Part shown: positions 50,701 to 64,000 of the stretch, one piece after another
Numbering within the stretch: position 1 is the first letter of the stretch
Layout: each line of letters starts with the position of its first letter
NCBI GenBank assembly: GCA_030141605.1
Contig: JAQGDQ010000008.1
Span: 1-64,000 of the forward strand
Length of the DNA: 64,000 bases
Source: Tubiluchus corallicola
Taxonomy: Eukaryota > Animalia > Priapulida
Direction of reading: 5' to 3'
The notes under the pieces: model-generated
Databases searched by the model: none
Seen by the model: only the letters and a program-made list of their open reading frames with translations
Told to the model about the DNA's origin: nothing
Position numbers and translations under genes: made by a program

Positions 50701-53603
50701 CCATCGTGAATTACCTGCATAACATACCCTATTCAAGTTAAGACAATGAACCAGAGAAAAATTTCTTAACTAATGTCTTATCTTATAAGGATCAAGCAAA
50801 TTTAACACGATATTCATAGCCGGTTTAAAAGGGTTAAAAAGCTGTATTAAAAATTAAAAACGTTGGTCTTTGGTTGGAATTTGCCAGCAATAAAATAGGA
50901 ATTGTTTCAGTCAAATTAGTCCAAACCTTTAGGTAAGATCCTCAAGATCAGTGTATTGATTTCAATTTTGTGGTAGTGCTAATTACTAATGAGTTACACT
51001 ACTCGTTATTAATTCAACATGGAGATGAACATTTACAAAACTGCTGCGCACCACACTCGTATATATTGCACGCCGCATAGGTCTAAAACCAAGTTTAGAA
51101 ACTTTTTGTGCTGTTAAATGCTACATAAAACAGGATTGTTTTTTCACGAAACCTTCGCAAGTAAATGAACCCAGAGATACGTGAACAAGCAGACTCAGGG
51201 TACAGCTTTAAATATTTAATGCCTTACAGCAGCTTTTAATGGAATCATGCATTTTAGAATAAAAACAAAGTTCTATTTGGCCATTACTGCATAAAAATTG
51301 CTGCAGAAAATTCCAAAGTGCAACCATCGTTATTTTAAATAAAAGACATTACTATTCCTTCTTTTTATTTTATTCTTTTACTTGTTTGTTAGTTTGTCAT
51401 GATGCGTCACTGTGATTGATTGGATTAACTGGCCAATGTGTTTTCTGACTCTTGTTTTATTTGTCTTTTCTGTTTATTCCATAATTTCTTGAATCTGTTC
51501 AGGCCATGATATCTGTTGTTCGGTAAATTTTATGAACAGAAAACACGTCTACAGAACAGCGCCTTGGTGTGAAATTGAAATTCTCGTGTCAGAATAAATG
51601 CAAGCACAGGTCTACACAAAATCTTACAGTACATTTTTGCAATATTTGTAAGTTAACTGAAGAGACTAAACTTTCTTTGACTCAAGAGCTGCGTTAAAAT
51701 TTCTTTATAAAGAGATTCATAAAGAGAAAAAACAATTCCGCAACGGCGCGCCGTTAGATTCACTATGAAATTTAATATAACTATTTCTATTATAACTAAT
51801 TTAATTTAAGTACTTTGACATCATATCTCTTAAATTTTGAGTTACTTCGCTTGCGATGCAACCTTGTAACAGATCTGTTTCACCGTGCTACGGGTCTCGT
51901 ACTGGTTCTCCTTGTTCACACAATAATAAATGTTTAGCTAGGTATATACTTTAGCGTCACAATAAAGTAAAGTCGTATTCTAAATTTTTACGATAAACGA
52001 GATCTGTGGCAACGCTAAATGACGTTCTGAACAACGTGTTCACGAAATTGATTCATGACAACGCTTAATAGCTTTCTAAACGACATATCCGGGCAGTTGG
52101 GCGGAAAAAGATAATAAGCCAGCGAGCAACCCAATGCATCGCATTCCGGACTAATTAGCTGTACAGAGTCAAGTAACCGCGCTCGATTTGAAAGTTTTTT
52201 ATAATTATAATCACTGTATAAGATCTAGCAACCTACACACGTTAACGTCAATTATTCTACAGTAATTAATTTCCCAGTTAAATCACTCTTTTATGAGACA
52301 GATGCAAATGGTCATATGAACACAGGTGCATACTAATGTGATTTGTATTTGGATAGAGAGTACGGGAATCTCCTAATAAACAATGTTCTTGGGTAATTAG
52401 CTTCTGCTACTCTACGGGAAACCACCTGCCCTTCTCAAAATGAAAACGACATTTTCGCGGAAGCTTAATGTGAAGTTTTAGCAAAGATAATGAGGATTAG
52501 CATAATCACAGGAGCAATAAAAATGAACAATTCGTTGTCTAGATTTCACTTCTTCAATTTGAATCTTAATAATTTGGTGATTTTAGAGTCAACTAAGCTA
52601 GAACTTACTGTTCCGATACTGGGCCTTCTTCTGGCCCCAATGAATCCAAAGTGGGTGTAAGTTGACAGACGCAACGAAGAAAACCATCTCATTTGTTCTT
52701 TATTATACTCCCTAGCACTGTAAAATAGATACAGCAATAGACATCAGAATTGAGACAAAAGACTGTGTATTCAGAATGCAGTATCAGTTAAAGAAGCTAA
52801 TCTAACCTAACTAAGTTTTATAACAACATTCAGTTTTGCTTCGTGTCTTCCCTCGACTATGTTTGCGAGTTCACACACGCCAATGCTTATATTGTTGTTG
52901 CTGCCGCTGACACATTGTTTACATTGCACTCTGTCAATTCTGTAATTTTATCATCAGCTTTAGACTGGAAGCTGAATCATGTGCTCAAGCTTCGCAAGGA
53001 ACAGGATGTGACAATGTAATAATTAATTAAGAAATATGCAGGCTCTGTTTTAGGGAAGCAAATTAAAACTTAATAAACGTTAACTTCAAAATTCTGGCAG
53101 GTTCAGTTCTTGGAATGGGCGCCTTTCTCAGTACTTGATACCAGAAAGCCCTTGCATGAACCGCATAGGTTACTTTATAGGCGTTCATGCTCCTTTGAAA
53201 TGAAGACAAGCTTAGAAGAAAATTTAACAGTTCCAACAGTTTAACCCGTGAAGAATGCATTGTAATTTCGCCATTAATTCTAAAGAAACCAAGTTAGTGT
53301 GTTTTAACTTTTAATTTGTAAATACTGATATTGATAGCAAATAGAATTAACTGATCACACGGAGGAAAATTTCTGCAGTGCAGTGAAAGGATGATAATGA
53401 TCTGTACCCAGCATTTTGTGTCATTCATAGGCGGATTGCGTATAGCTCAAAATATCTTGTTAATAATGTCAATAGCCCTAAGGTCTGCCACGGAATGCAA
53501 AACATGGGGTTACTCGCTCATTCAGTTTTTTCTACTTAACTGCAAGAATATGTCGTTTAGAACACTATTTGCCGTTGCCGTGATCCGTTTTTAGATTATG
53601 AAT

Positions 53604-53658
53604 CTCTCTTTCCCCTCTCTGCCTCCCTTCCTCGCCTCCTCCCCACTCTCTTTCTCTG

Positions 53659-53749
<91 letters not shown>

Positions 53750-53898
53750 CTCTATCTCTATCTCTATCTCTCTCTCCTTTTCTCTATCTCTCCTTCATTC
53801 CCCCTCTTTTCTCTTTTTATCTCTCTTTTCTGTCTCTCTCAATTTCTCACTCTTATCTCTTTCTTACTCTAACTAATCGTTTCTCACTCCCTCTCTCT
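53604..53898 (+). repeat. (CT)n microsatellite with pyrimidine-rich flanks
   Basis: Read directly. Confidence 0.95.
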
Positions 53899-56800
53899 AG
53901 TAGTTCTAGTAATTGCTTACTTAGCTTTACCTGCTGAAGTTAATTATTAAACTAAAAGCATATACACATAATTAAAACGTAGTATTGTGCCTGTTCTAGT
54001 TACATCTATTTTAGTCAATGATCGGTGTATGACAGATTCGGTAGTGTTCGTCATACTGACAGCTTCGGTAGTGTTTGAGCAAAAATCGATTACTGTCAAG
54101 CTAATCAGTATCGTTTGTACCGGTAGATTCCTAAAATTCGATAGTGTTTAAATACTATTTAATCGGTTTCAGAATGTGTAGAATGGGCTATTGACACATG
54201 ACAATTTTGAAAGTTTGTACACCGTTTGAGCATGAATATCTATGAAATATATAAATTTTGATTCTCAGATTTATTTTGATGCCTGCTACTTAATCGAAAG
54301 TCAAGTGAAGGTCAAGCCGCCGGTTTTTGTGCCTCAGCAACAAAATGATAGGTGTTTGCATCGCTTAATGCAATAACATTTGCTTTATCTAATTACTGAG
54401 GTTGTCTTGTTTTCCTAAACTGCACACGTGTTTTGTAAATGTTTATCGAAACCCGCAGCAAATTGAGTTTCTCCGGTGTTAATTGCCATTGTCTCTCGGG
54501 GGTTTTGACGCACTTTGGCTTATAACGTTGCTAAAAGATTGTGCTGTGTTTGACGTTTTGCGAAATAGCTAGCAATTGTTGCATGTTAAACTTGAAACCA
54601 CCGTCTTAAAATGTACTTAACTCTTTCAGTGAATACTTGTTAGCCCGTGCTGTCTTGCCTTTTTCTTTCTTTTTCTCTTACTTCTCTTCAGTCTTGCTTA
54701 TTCTCCTGTTACCGCATCCTTGTTATTCCTTGTTTCTCTTGCGTTCTTTCCCTTGCCGTCTCCCCTGTCCTTCGTTCTCTTCTTATGTCTCTTCTCTTCT
54801 TCCTTTTTCCAACGTGTTTGGTTAGCCCTTTTCCTCCTGTCTTATCGTTCTTTGCTTTTATTCTCTCGATTTCACGCTCAAACCACGCCCGAGTTTCGAC
54901 ATGTTCTTTGCCGCCTCTGGTTGTTCCCCTTTGGTTACGTGTCTTCAATACAAAACAGACCCTAAGTTTAATACTTTTGACACGCGCATTGGTCGACAGT
55001 AAATTGGAATATTGTTGAACAGAAGTTTGAAGATTCTAATCAGTTCTTCTAAACCTCATAGGCTTTTACCAAGTTTTACGAGTTCAATTCTGCAATAGCC
55101 AAGCGACGCACTGTAAGCCATCTATATTCAGTGAGGTTTCGCCAACGCGTCCGAAAATGCATTTTCACTGACTAGATTCCGTGATGAGAGGAGAGAGGAG
55201 AAAGATATATCTTTACATAGCCTAATGAAGCCATCATCGCCAGGACTCCTCGTTAACACGTAGTTTTGCTCTGCGGGATATTGTTTTCGTCGGAAATGTA
55301 CGCACTTTAAATTCCGTCAGGTTACCTACGTAACCGTCGCTGTTAAGTGAACTAATTATCTAGGCGCAATGCATCATTTCCGTCAATCTTTTCTGATAAA
55401 ATCTTTTTATTCATTCAGAATTACTGAGAAAATAAGTGACGCGACATTTCGCAGTCGCCTGTTGTATATAAGCTCAAGTGTCAACCTTAGAATGTTAACG
55501 CTTCCTATTTAAGCGGAATCTTAGTCACACTTAAATGAGTTAAATGTAGTTGGGGTATTAAAGACTGAGTGCGTGGAAGCTAAAATCGAATTACAAAACA
55601 TTACAAGAAGTTTTATAAAAATCAACACTTTTCTCAAATTAGCTGGCGACTAACGAGATCATTAATTAATTAGATTATGTCTGTGATTGCCAGATTGTTT
55701 ATAAACTATTGCCGTTTAGTTTGAACAATTATTACCCATTGCGGGTAATAAGTTAGAGAAAAAAAGGAGAAGTGGATTAGTTAGGATTTGAACCTGAGAC
55801 CTGAGCTACTAGTTTAACATGACACAGCAGGCCCGAGATTACCTTCTTGTAGCACACAATCCACACTATCCAATCCATGTAGCCACCTATACCTATGACA
55901 GCAGAGAGATCATGAAAAATATTGACGTGACTCTATAAAGTCACTTATTTAAATGGAGCGACGCCACGTTCCTTATGCTTTTGACATGTGAGCAAATTTA
56001 TTCTTTTAAGCGGCCAAATATCATTAAAATACTCAAAAAATCGACTACTCAACAATATTAACCAATGTTCGGTTGAGTGTTTCATTTTAAAGGTATCGCC
56101 TTGATAATGTGTCAGGTCTCGGTCTCGCCACACTGACCAGACCATCCATTGAATACTGGATTCCGGCTTGCAGTACGACTAATTGTGTAAAAATTTTTTA
56201 CAGATTTGTTCATAAGCCTACTTTCACCTTGAGTATCGCATGTTTATTAAAATGAACTCTTTTTTATTTGCTGATTTGTCTATGTATTTTACAGCATGTT
56301 GCCTTCAATGATTGACGTGAACCGCAACTGACAGCTGGAACGCGCTTCTTTCTTCGCAACTCAGACGGCACTGTGTGAAACGCTTTCAACCATATATATC
56401 AGAAGAGTATTGTACACTAGAAGACTTTTAAAACAGCAACCATTCAGGTAGTTAGAATTAAAGGCTGGATGCCACTATACTTTTGCTGATCAATATAAAA
56501 AATTGTGCGGATTAATTCACTGATTTGAAGAAAAAATACAAGCTAAAATGTATGTCACTTTTCTGTCAAGACCAACTTTGCTGAACCGAAAACGCCTGCT
56601 TAATTTCTGTCTCGTTTACCTCTTAAAACAGTAGAAATGCAGCAACGGAACGAGCAACCAGTTACCATCATCATTACCATCATCATCATTATCATCATCA
56701 TCGTCATCATCATCATTATTATAACTCTAATTTATTCAGAAAATACATAATATAACTGTACAATCCGAAGAAACCCTCTATTTGCAGGGCACAGTCACTT

Positions 56801-57820
56801 GAAATTTACATAAATGTTACATATCAAGCTTATTTACAACATCTCAATATACATTCACGTCGAAATACAAAAAAGATTACAATTACTGTTTCAAATATTA
56901 ATTACATTTGACTAGATTTTAATTTTTGCCGGTATCACACGTAGACTTGGTCTTTTTTCAAGATTCCTATTACAACTGCTATTTGTAAGTATCACTTTCC
57001 AATAATTAGCTGTTAGCTTTATTACAAGTATAATCATGGCCGGATTACGACCCTGATTGGGGCCCCTAGGCTAAAGAAATTATGGGCCTCCTCAGACGGA
57101 GCCAACCTCTAACTCACCTTTAATTTTTCTTTGCCACTAGTCAGTACTGACATATATACTTACGACCGCTATATGTTGGTATGTCACCAGGCTACTTGGC
57201 TTCGCTGTGAATGTAGTACTTTTTTATACTTGGTAGCAAAATTAAGAGACAAGCAATGGGCTTAAACAGGTATGTTTTAACAACAACGTTTTGATTCAGA
57301 TGCCATAATATATTGCCTGATGTATTGACTACTGTTGATTATGTTTACTATTTTATGTACATGTGGATTACTATGAGACTATGATTTTGAGTAAATGCAT
57401 ATTTTCATCCATTCATTTCATGTGTTTAACACGAACATCGCATCTTCAAAAACAGTCTAATTAGCCTGCTAATGTCGGTTGTTGGCTCTCTGCAAAACAC
57501 ACCAGCGACAACTCTAGCGTCACGACGTAAGTACTTTAAACGCTAACGTTTGGAAGCTTATGAAAGGCCTGGTTGTGGCAGGACCGGGATCTGGTCCTAT
57601 CATTATATTCATCCTCTAAGATAAGACACTGAACCAGCAGAAGTTCCATTCCAATGTGTAAACAAAGTAAATATATGTGGACAGTATGGCAAACGAAATT
57701 GCCGAGAACGAGTTGTGACTGCGACAGTCACCCACCCATTTACCCCGGCCAGTACCACCCGGCTATTTCCTTCACCCAAAACGATAAAAATTCAAGAAAA
57801 ACTTAATTGGGTGTAAGATC

Positions 57821-57989
57821 TTGCGAACTAATTCTTAGCGTTTGGGCTAAAATTACAATTCCCCACAAACAAAAAATTAGTTCGTGAAACTGATTAGAAT
57901 TAGTGTTAGGGTTAGGGTTTTGGGTGGGTTAGGGTTGGGTTTAAGGTTAGGGTAGGGTTAGGGTATTTAAATTGTGTGGGGAATTGTAA
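57821..57989. repeat. Small inverted-repeat element enclosing degenerate TTAGGG repeats
   Basis: Perfect 15-bp IR TTACAATTCCCCACA (57853-57867) / TGTGGGGAATTGTAA (57975-57989), enclosing TTAGGG-like units at 57906-57963. A second, overlapping IR is CGAACTAATT/AATTAGTTCG. Confidence 0.65.
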
Positions 57990-58330
57990 ACTTCTTCCGC
58001 GTTTTGTAATGTAGAAAGTCCTGATAATTAGCGACCTCATGTGGATGCGCCTCACACTTTCTGGGGACATTATCCTTTTGCGAATACAGAAGCGCACTCT
58101 GTGGCTTATAAGAGCATTAAATAGTGAGATTCCTTTAGCCTGGCGAAGCAGGTCACCCACAGCAATTTGTTTTAATTTCCCCCAAGAGTCTCGCTCAGGT
58201 AGATTTATACTGATGCTTAGTACTCCCACAGTTCTATTCGGCTAAATCTTCGATGTGCATAGAGAGACAGTAACTGATAAAGTGGTTACAGCTATATTTC
58301 TTCTTGTCCAGGTGGTAATGCAAACGCGGT

Positions 58331-58335
<5 letters not shown>

Positions 58336-58378
<43 letters not shown>

Positions 58379-58421
58379 AGAGAAGAGAGAGAGAAAGAAA
58401 GAGAGAAAGAAAGAGGGAGAA
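58336..58421 (+). repeat. (GA)n microsatellite
   Basis: Read directly. Confidence 0.95.
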
Positions 58422-59796
58422 ATACAGCTACGTAAGTGGTAAAGTGGTATTTATAATGGCTTGTGGTCACCTCAACAAATCGGTTTTGTCAATCGTGATG
58501 TCGGGTTATACATCTATCTTTTTGCAATACACAGTACCACTTGTTAATATAAAATATGGCTTAAGAGACACTAAATGCTGAATTTGAAACTGGGTCAGGG
58601 GAAATGTATTTTTTGTGCTGCTAAGTGTTTGCTGCGTAAAACCCTCTGTCATTCTGTGCTCAGTCACATTAGTTATTATGCATGTGTAGTGTTCACTTAA
58701 AAGATGTACAGGATTTATGGTGAAATGTATAACAAAGAGTATAAAATCTACCCTGGCTACATGCCAGCAATAGAGCTTGTTATGGACTTGACGAAGCAGA
58801 AATTACATCAACCATCTTGTAAAGAACATTGAATTAGACCACCATTCATCATATTTAACTAACGAGTGCTTGAATAATGAAACTTTGTTCACGTTGCCTG
58901 TTCCTTCTATTGTACGCCATACAACCAAATCCAATAAACATGCATTATTGCCTGTCATTCTGAGGCAATTTATGCGTGCTTTCATCGTGAATAACAGTTT
59001 TTTTTCGGATGAAAGGCCTTTGCCGCACTATCGGATACTCATTGACTTCGTAAATTTTACAAAAGAAAGAAGACTACACAGTCTTTCAGCGCCCACACAA
59101 ATGCGTAAAACGTTAACAGAGAGTCATTTTGATAACATCTGCAAGGACTCAATTCCAAATTACAAGATTATTGAATTTTATGTAATTGTTGGAATAAGAT
59201 TAGTCTATTAGAAGTGCATTAAATGATTTTGCAGAAAGTTCATTTTACGACTCGATTACAAAGCGCCTTCTTGTAAATTTTCTTCGTTTTTTTTTCTTAT
59301 TTCTATTCTTGTGCTTCTTCCAACATTATGAACTGTTAAGGGACAAGAAAATACTGTTCTTAACAAAAGCACAAAAAATTCTTCTTCAAATTTTGTATCA
59401 CTTGTACATGATATCTTTATTGCATACAAAACTTGCAGGCGGAAACGCTGTATAAAAATTGTAACTCCCGCGATTTTAACGGTTGAAACAAGTTTTAAAC
59501 AACAGTGTGTAAAGTTTGAAAGTATACTATCAGAGCATTCATAACACACTCTTCGTTAAGCAAAAGTATAACTTTATATTGTTCATAAAATCAATAAAGG
59601 GTTTTTTTGGTGAGCCAGTGTAACTCCCGTGATGGTACACTCTGGTCTGATAGTTGTACGTTGATGTTTTTCCAATGGGTGCGAACAGTTTAAATTATTA
59701 AATATTTTCTTTACCAATTACATAACTCTTTCAAACAGGCAAGCGTAATGCGAAATAATATGAATTTGTGTGGAAAGTTTTTGGGATGTACCTTAA

Positions 59797-60400
59797 AGGA
59801 AAACAGGGTGATTTTTCATATTCTACCCCATTTTGATGTACGGTAAAAAGTATGCATTTTAACATAAATAATACCGAAAGCATTTCTGATACTTAAATAA
59901 TCGATTAAAATCTTAGTTAACGGCGGGGAAGCCCAACTATTCATGGCATCACAGATGAACACAATTTTAAATATCAAAAACATCCATGAGCGTGTTCCAC
60001 GTGTTCGCAAAAGCGAAAGTTGATGTACAGTGCTATGTAAGACACACAGTGTATTGTACTAAAACTAGGCAAGTTTTAAAATAAAAATTCAAATTTCAAA
60101 TTTAACGCTGCGCTCACGCATGAGCTCTCGAACTTGTGCATTACGTCACGAACGAACGCCTCTGAACTGACAGGCACAGTACCTGTTTTTCCGTCCCAAA
60201 ATGCAGGCGTTAGTGTCCATCTAACTAACGAATGGCGAAAAGCATGTAACAGCGAAGAACTAGCCGCGCGAATGCGAATTGCGTTTGTGTGGTAATAATT
60301 CTTTCACGTAAGTCATTTTTTGAAAAAATAGTATGTTCCCTCGAATATTTTAAAAAGTAGATTGATTTGGCCTGCTTGATTGATTAGGTACGGTTTTCCT
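59797..60400 (+). mobile_element. Non-autonomous TTAA-targeting DNA transposon (Kolobok-like), 604 bp
   Basis: TTAA|AGGAAAAC...GTTTTCCT|TTAA termini; colinear with the copy at 42926-43528. Confidence 0.78.
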
Positions 60401-61719
60401 TTAAAATTCCCCTTTCTTCCCCTTTAACAAACATATTCTGCAGTGTAAAGCAGACGCAAACCTTCCCACAAACGTCTTTTTCTTACCTATCCTCTTCCAC
60501 TTATCACATCACTCAAAATAAAAATTACGGACATTCATTGCCACGTCCGTTGGATTTAGTTAGCGTTAGCATACAAATACAAATAGCTTTAACAATACGT
60601 TTTACTACAAAGTCAAACGCATCTTTGTTTCCACGTTGCAGTAATAGCTTGATATAATGGGATTTTAAAGATGACTTTTCCTGCCCTGGGATGATGCAGA
60701 ACAAAAGTGGAGAGACGCTTTTCCAATCATATTTGTGTAATCCCCAAAGCTTTAGCACTTCTGGGGTTTTTGAGAAGCTTCAAGTGACTGGATTTGTCAC
60801 TTCCGGCTTTGACTTAATCTGATGAACAATAACAATTTTGCAAGAATTAAGCCAGTGAGGTAAATTATAACTTTAAAGTTTAGGAAGCCAAGTTTACTAA
60901 AGAATTAAGCCAAAGAGATAAATTTTCGGTCAGTTAATAATGTGATTTTCGTGACACTAGTTTAGGATAAAGAGATTCTGTTTTGCTTTGTTCTATCACT
61001 TTTATGCAAAAAGTAGCTTTGCTTGAACCCTTAAACTGGCGATTAATCACAAATTAGAGACTTTTAATTGATACAAACGAAATTGCTAAAATTTCTTGGT
61101 TAGGTCTCCTTCTTGTATAAATGTTAATCCTCAAATACGTTTTGTTGTTACTAAGCCTGCTTATCTTGCAATCCTGCATAATTCCCTGCACTAATACTTA
61201 ATGCCCTGCACTAATTCACTACACTGGTTTTAGTTTGCACATGTCTGTTTTTGAGTTTTGACGAATGAACATTTGCTTGCTGTGAAAAGAATGCTGAGAA
61301 GAAATGTGACTGAAGGATATGTCTCTAATTTCAAACTTGCAGTTTAATTTAAGAATCATACAAATGGTGCATTTATTGAAATGTAAATGCTACAGTTTAG
61401 TTTATCCAAATCTATTAGTGACAGTTCAATGGTTTTCTGAAACTTGCATGTTCAGGAAAAAGACGATTACTGAAAAAGCCTGATTATTAATTATACTTGG
61501 GCTATAAATACTTCAATTTGAAGCCGTTGTAAATGTTAACTTTCCGTTTTCTCGCTTTTCCAAAGGCTTTCTTCGAAAACAATCACCGAGAAAACATGCC
61601 AAAAATAACAGTAAATGCACAGTAAAAATGGCACACGAAAAATGGCCCAGGAAAAAAGACACCTTATAAAATATGATTTTTAGGGTTGGGGTTGCTGCAG
61701 GGGATAATTACTTTAAGTA

Positions 61720-61900
61720 TTTTTACCTCTGCCAAAGAAATTGCTTCCACGCTGTTTGTTTGTTTGGTTGGTTGTTTTCTGTCTGTTATATACATAGCAG
61801 TAAACGTATTAAGAAAAAACTCCGTAACAGATTTCCACGAAACTTTGTGGAGACGGGTGGTTAGGGAACAAGAAAATGCATTTTGACGCAGATTCGTGGT
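61720..61900 (+). mobile_element. Helentron/DINE-like fragment
   Basis: TTTTACCTCTGCCAAAG start, (GTTT/GTTG/GTCT) microsatellite, then CAGATTTCCACGAAACTTTGTGGA. Confidence 0.5.
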
Positions 61901-64000
61901 AAGGGAGGGGGTGAAAACTGCCAAAATGGACGCTTTTGGACTGCATTTTTTTCACAAACAATTCGCAGAACACCACGTACAAAAGTATTTGTGAAGCACT
62001 TCATGGTAATCTCACATCGATAGTTATAGCTCCTTGGAAAGATGAGGACTTGACTACAAGACAGGTTAATTCTTTTTCATTACCACCACCTGGACTAAAA
62101 ACTACGAGTTAGTTCCAGGTTCCATTTCGAGTAACTCTTGCTTGGAAAACTGTGTAACGCCGTATATAATTTTCGTTTATACATATAGCCCTATAAGCAG
62201 ACTTAGTATGAAGATACATATATTTGTCAGTCTGTAACCATCACCAAATGATAGAAGAAATATAGACAAACACCGTGTGGAAGCTTCGTGCATTATCGAT
62301 TAAAATAATTTTGCAAGTCTATATAATACTTACACAGGTATATTTTTCTTGTTTATCTTTGTCTTATGTTTTTTTCGATCAAACGAATCGCACGAACATG
62401 TTTAGGATTTTTTGAGTCGGAGATCTGCCTCCTCCTGAGCGCATTAAGTTTTATTTTAGAAATTATTTGCATTAAATGTGAAATTTTTACCTGTGCCTTT
62501 TTACTTACATTCAAAAATTACACACAAAGTTATTGACATGTCAATAAAGTAGTCCGAAATGCGAAGCATTGGGTTACTCGCTTATTCTGCCAAACTGCCT
62601 GGTCACGTCATTTAGAATCCCACGTATTGTTGTCATGATTCCATTTTGTGAGTATGTTAATTAGACCGACCTCTAGTATTGCTATAAAATCGTTTTTTCG
62701 TAAGAATTTGGAATACAAAGTTACGTTATTGTGGCGTCACAATAAGAAACATGGGGGTAAAGACTTATTACTTGAACAACAACAACATCGAGAACGAGAC
62801 CAGTGTCACAGCAAAGAAAGATCTGCTTCTACAACAGTCAAGCGAGCGAGCAACCAAAAAAATCGACCTAATAGACTATTACAAGTTTAAAGATGTACAA
62901 TTCAATGACATTAAATTTTATTCTAAGCATTCTTATTTTGGAGCATACAAATACCTATTCTGTGAAATTCAAATACAGGCAGGCACAAATTAAAACTAAT
63001 GATCTAGCGAATCTATTCGTACAAGGAATTATTCAGAAGTGCAAAATCGGCTAGCCTTCTAATATCTGTTGTTGTTTATTCTGATTGTTATCATTCCAGA
63101 AAAGACCGAAATGCCTTGAATTTGGCTTATCACCTGTTTAAATAATAAGTGTTGGCAAATACCAGGCGATTCAATATTGTTCATTTAATTAAAATCTCAA
63201 AATTGCTGTTTTTATAGTGGTTACTTTTTTCTTAGTCGCAGCAATACAGACAAACTTTGCCATGCGTGGGTATTTATTTACATGCATGGTTGTTTGTTTA
63301 CATGCACGCCTGTTTATTTGCTGGGCTCGTTTGCTCAGCCGCTTGCTAGTTTGAAAAAAAGTACTTGAAATTGAAAATCGAAATCACTTACCAGTAGAAT
63401 GTATTGTAAACCTTAGACATATTAAAATGGTACAGGAAAATGGCACAGAAACTTTATAGCCTCGACTGTTTTCTTGGAACAATAAATACTATATTTTAAA
63501 GAGATTACGTATATGAATGTATTATAATTGCAGAAATCTAAGAAATAATATAATTTCAAAAAGAACCAACAAATAATAGCGCAAAAAGCGGAGCAGAAAA
63601 CTTGGTTTTTCGTAGTCACTTGTTTATAGATCCACCTTCAAATTGAGATAAAGAAATGTGCGTATGATAAACGACAGTCACGGTCTCAGGTGGTAAAGTG
63701 GCCTCTTAGGAAATAACGTTATCAATTAACACCCATGTTTCATCCTAGAATGGACACATGAAGCTATCTCAGGGATTAAACGATTTACTAGTTCATCTAC
63801 ATTCATCTCTCCAACATTCAATTACGTTAATATTTAATATCTAAAATAAAATGTTTATTACAAAATCAACGTTTCGGCTATGCACTCTAGTGTAGCTAAC
63901 ACGTTACTATTCCTATAGCTATCAAAGCACGATCGTAGCTACTAATGTTTGCCAATGTCAAGTGCGTAGCTGATATGTTGTTTTTTATTTAATACAGATT

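Noticed and set aside
55775-55835. tRNA gene (similar B-box-like hits near 3535 and 34570)
   Set aside because: Only an isolated B-box-like motif with no cloverleaf; at most decayed SINE heads.
62648-62993. Two overlapping 80-aa ORFs as exon 2 of the 47.7-kb gene
   Set aside because: No convincing acceptor/donor pair and no recognisable protein motif.

Overview
AT-rich, intron- and microsatellite-rich animal genomic DNA; the 5S-like sequence looks lophotrochozoan (annelid/mollusc), which is tentative. Most ORFs in the supplied track are repeat artefacts, and the real genes are spliced. By manual splicing I find: (1) the first 8 coding exons (minus strand, 13114 down to 908, continuing off the left edge) of an SLC5 Na+/solute symporter closest to SMIT1/SLC5A3; (2) a complete 5-exon minus-strand gene (~35915 to 32599) for a 135-aa Pro/Tyr-rich protein with a PPxY motif, a Gly-zipper hydrophobic segment and a His10-RLRHGFRR-His9 tail; (3) a probable 2-coding-exon gene for a ~90-100 aa secreted two-Cys protein (18090 to 16468); (4) a plus-strand GC-box/TATA promoter whose first exon ends in ATG|GTGAGT (~47660-47715), with no identifiable second exon in the window. 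The clearest mobile element is a 460-bp insertion at 38641-39100: full-length 5S rRNA head, bipartite RTE-derived body, (CAA)n tail and a perfect 11-bp target-site duplication. There are also older 5S-derived fragments, two TTAA-flanked Kolobok-like copies, nested MITEs, foldbacks, LINE fossils and many microsatellites. All family assignments are from recalled motifs, not database searches.
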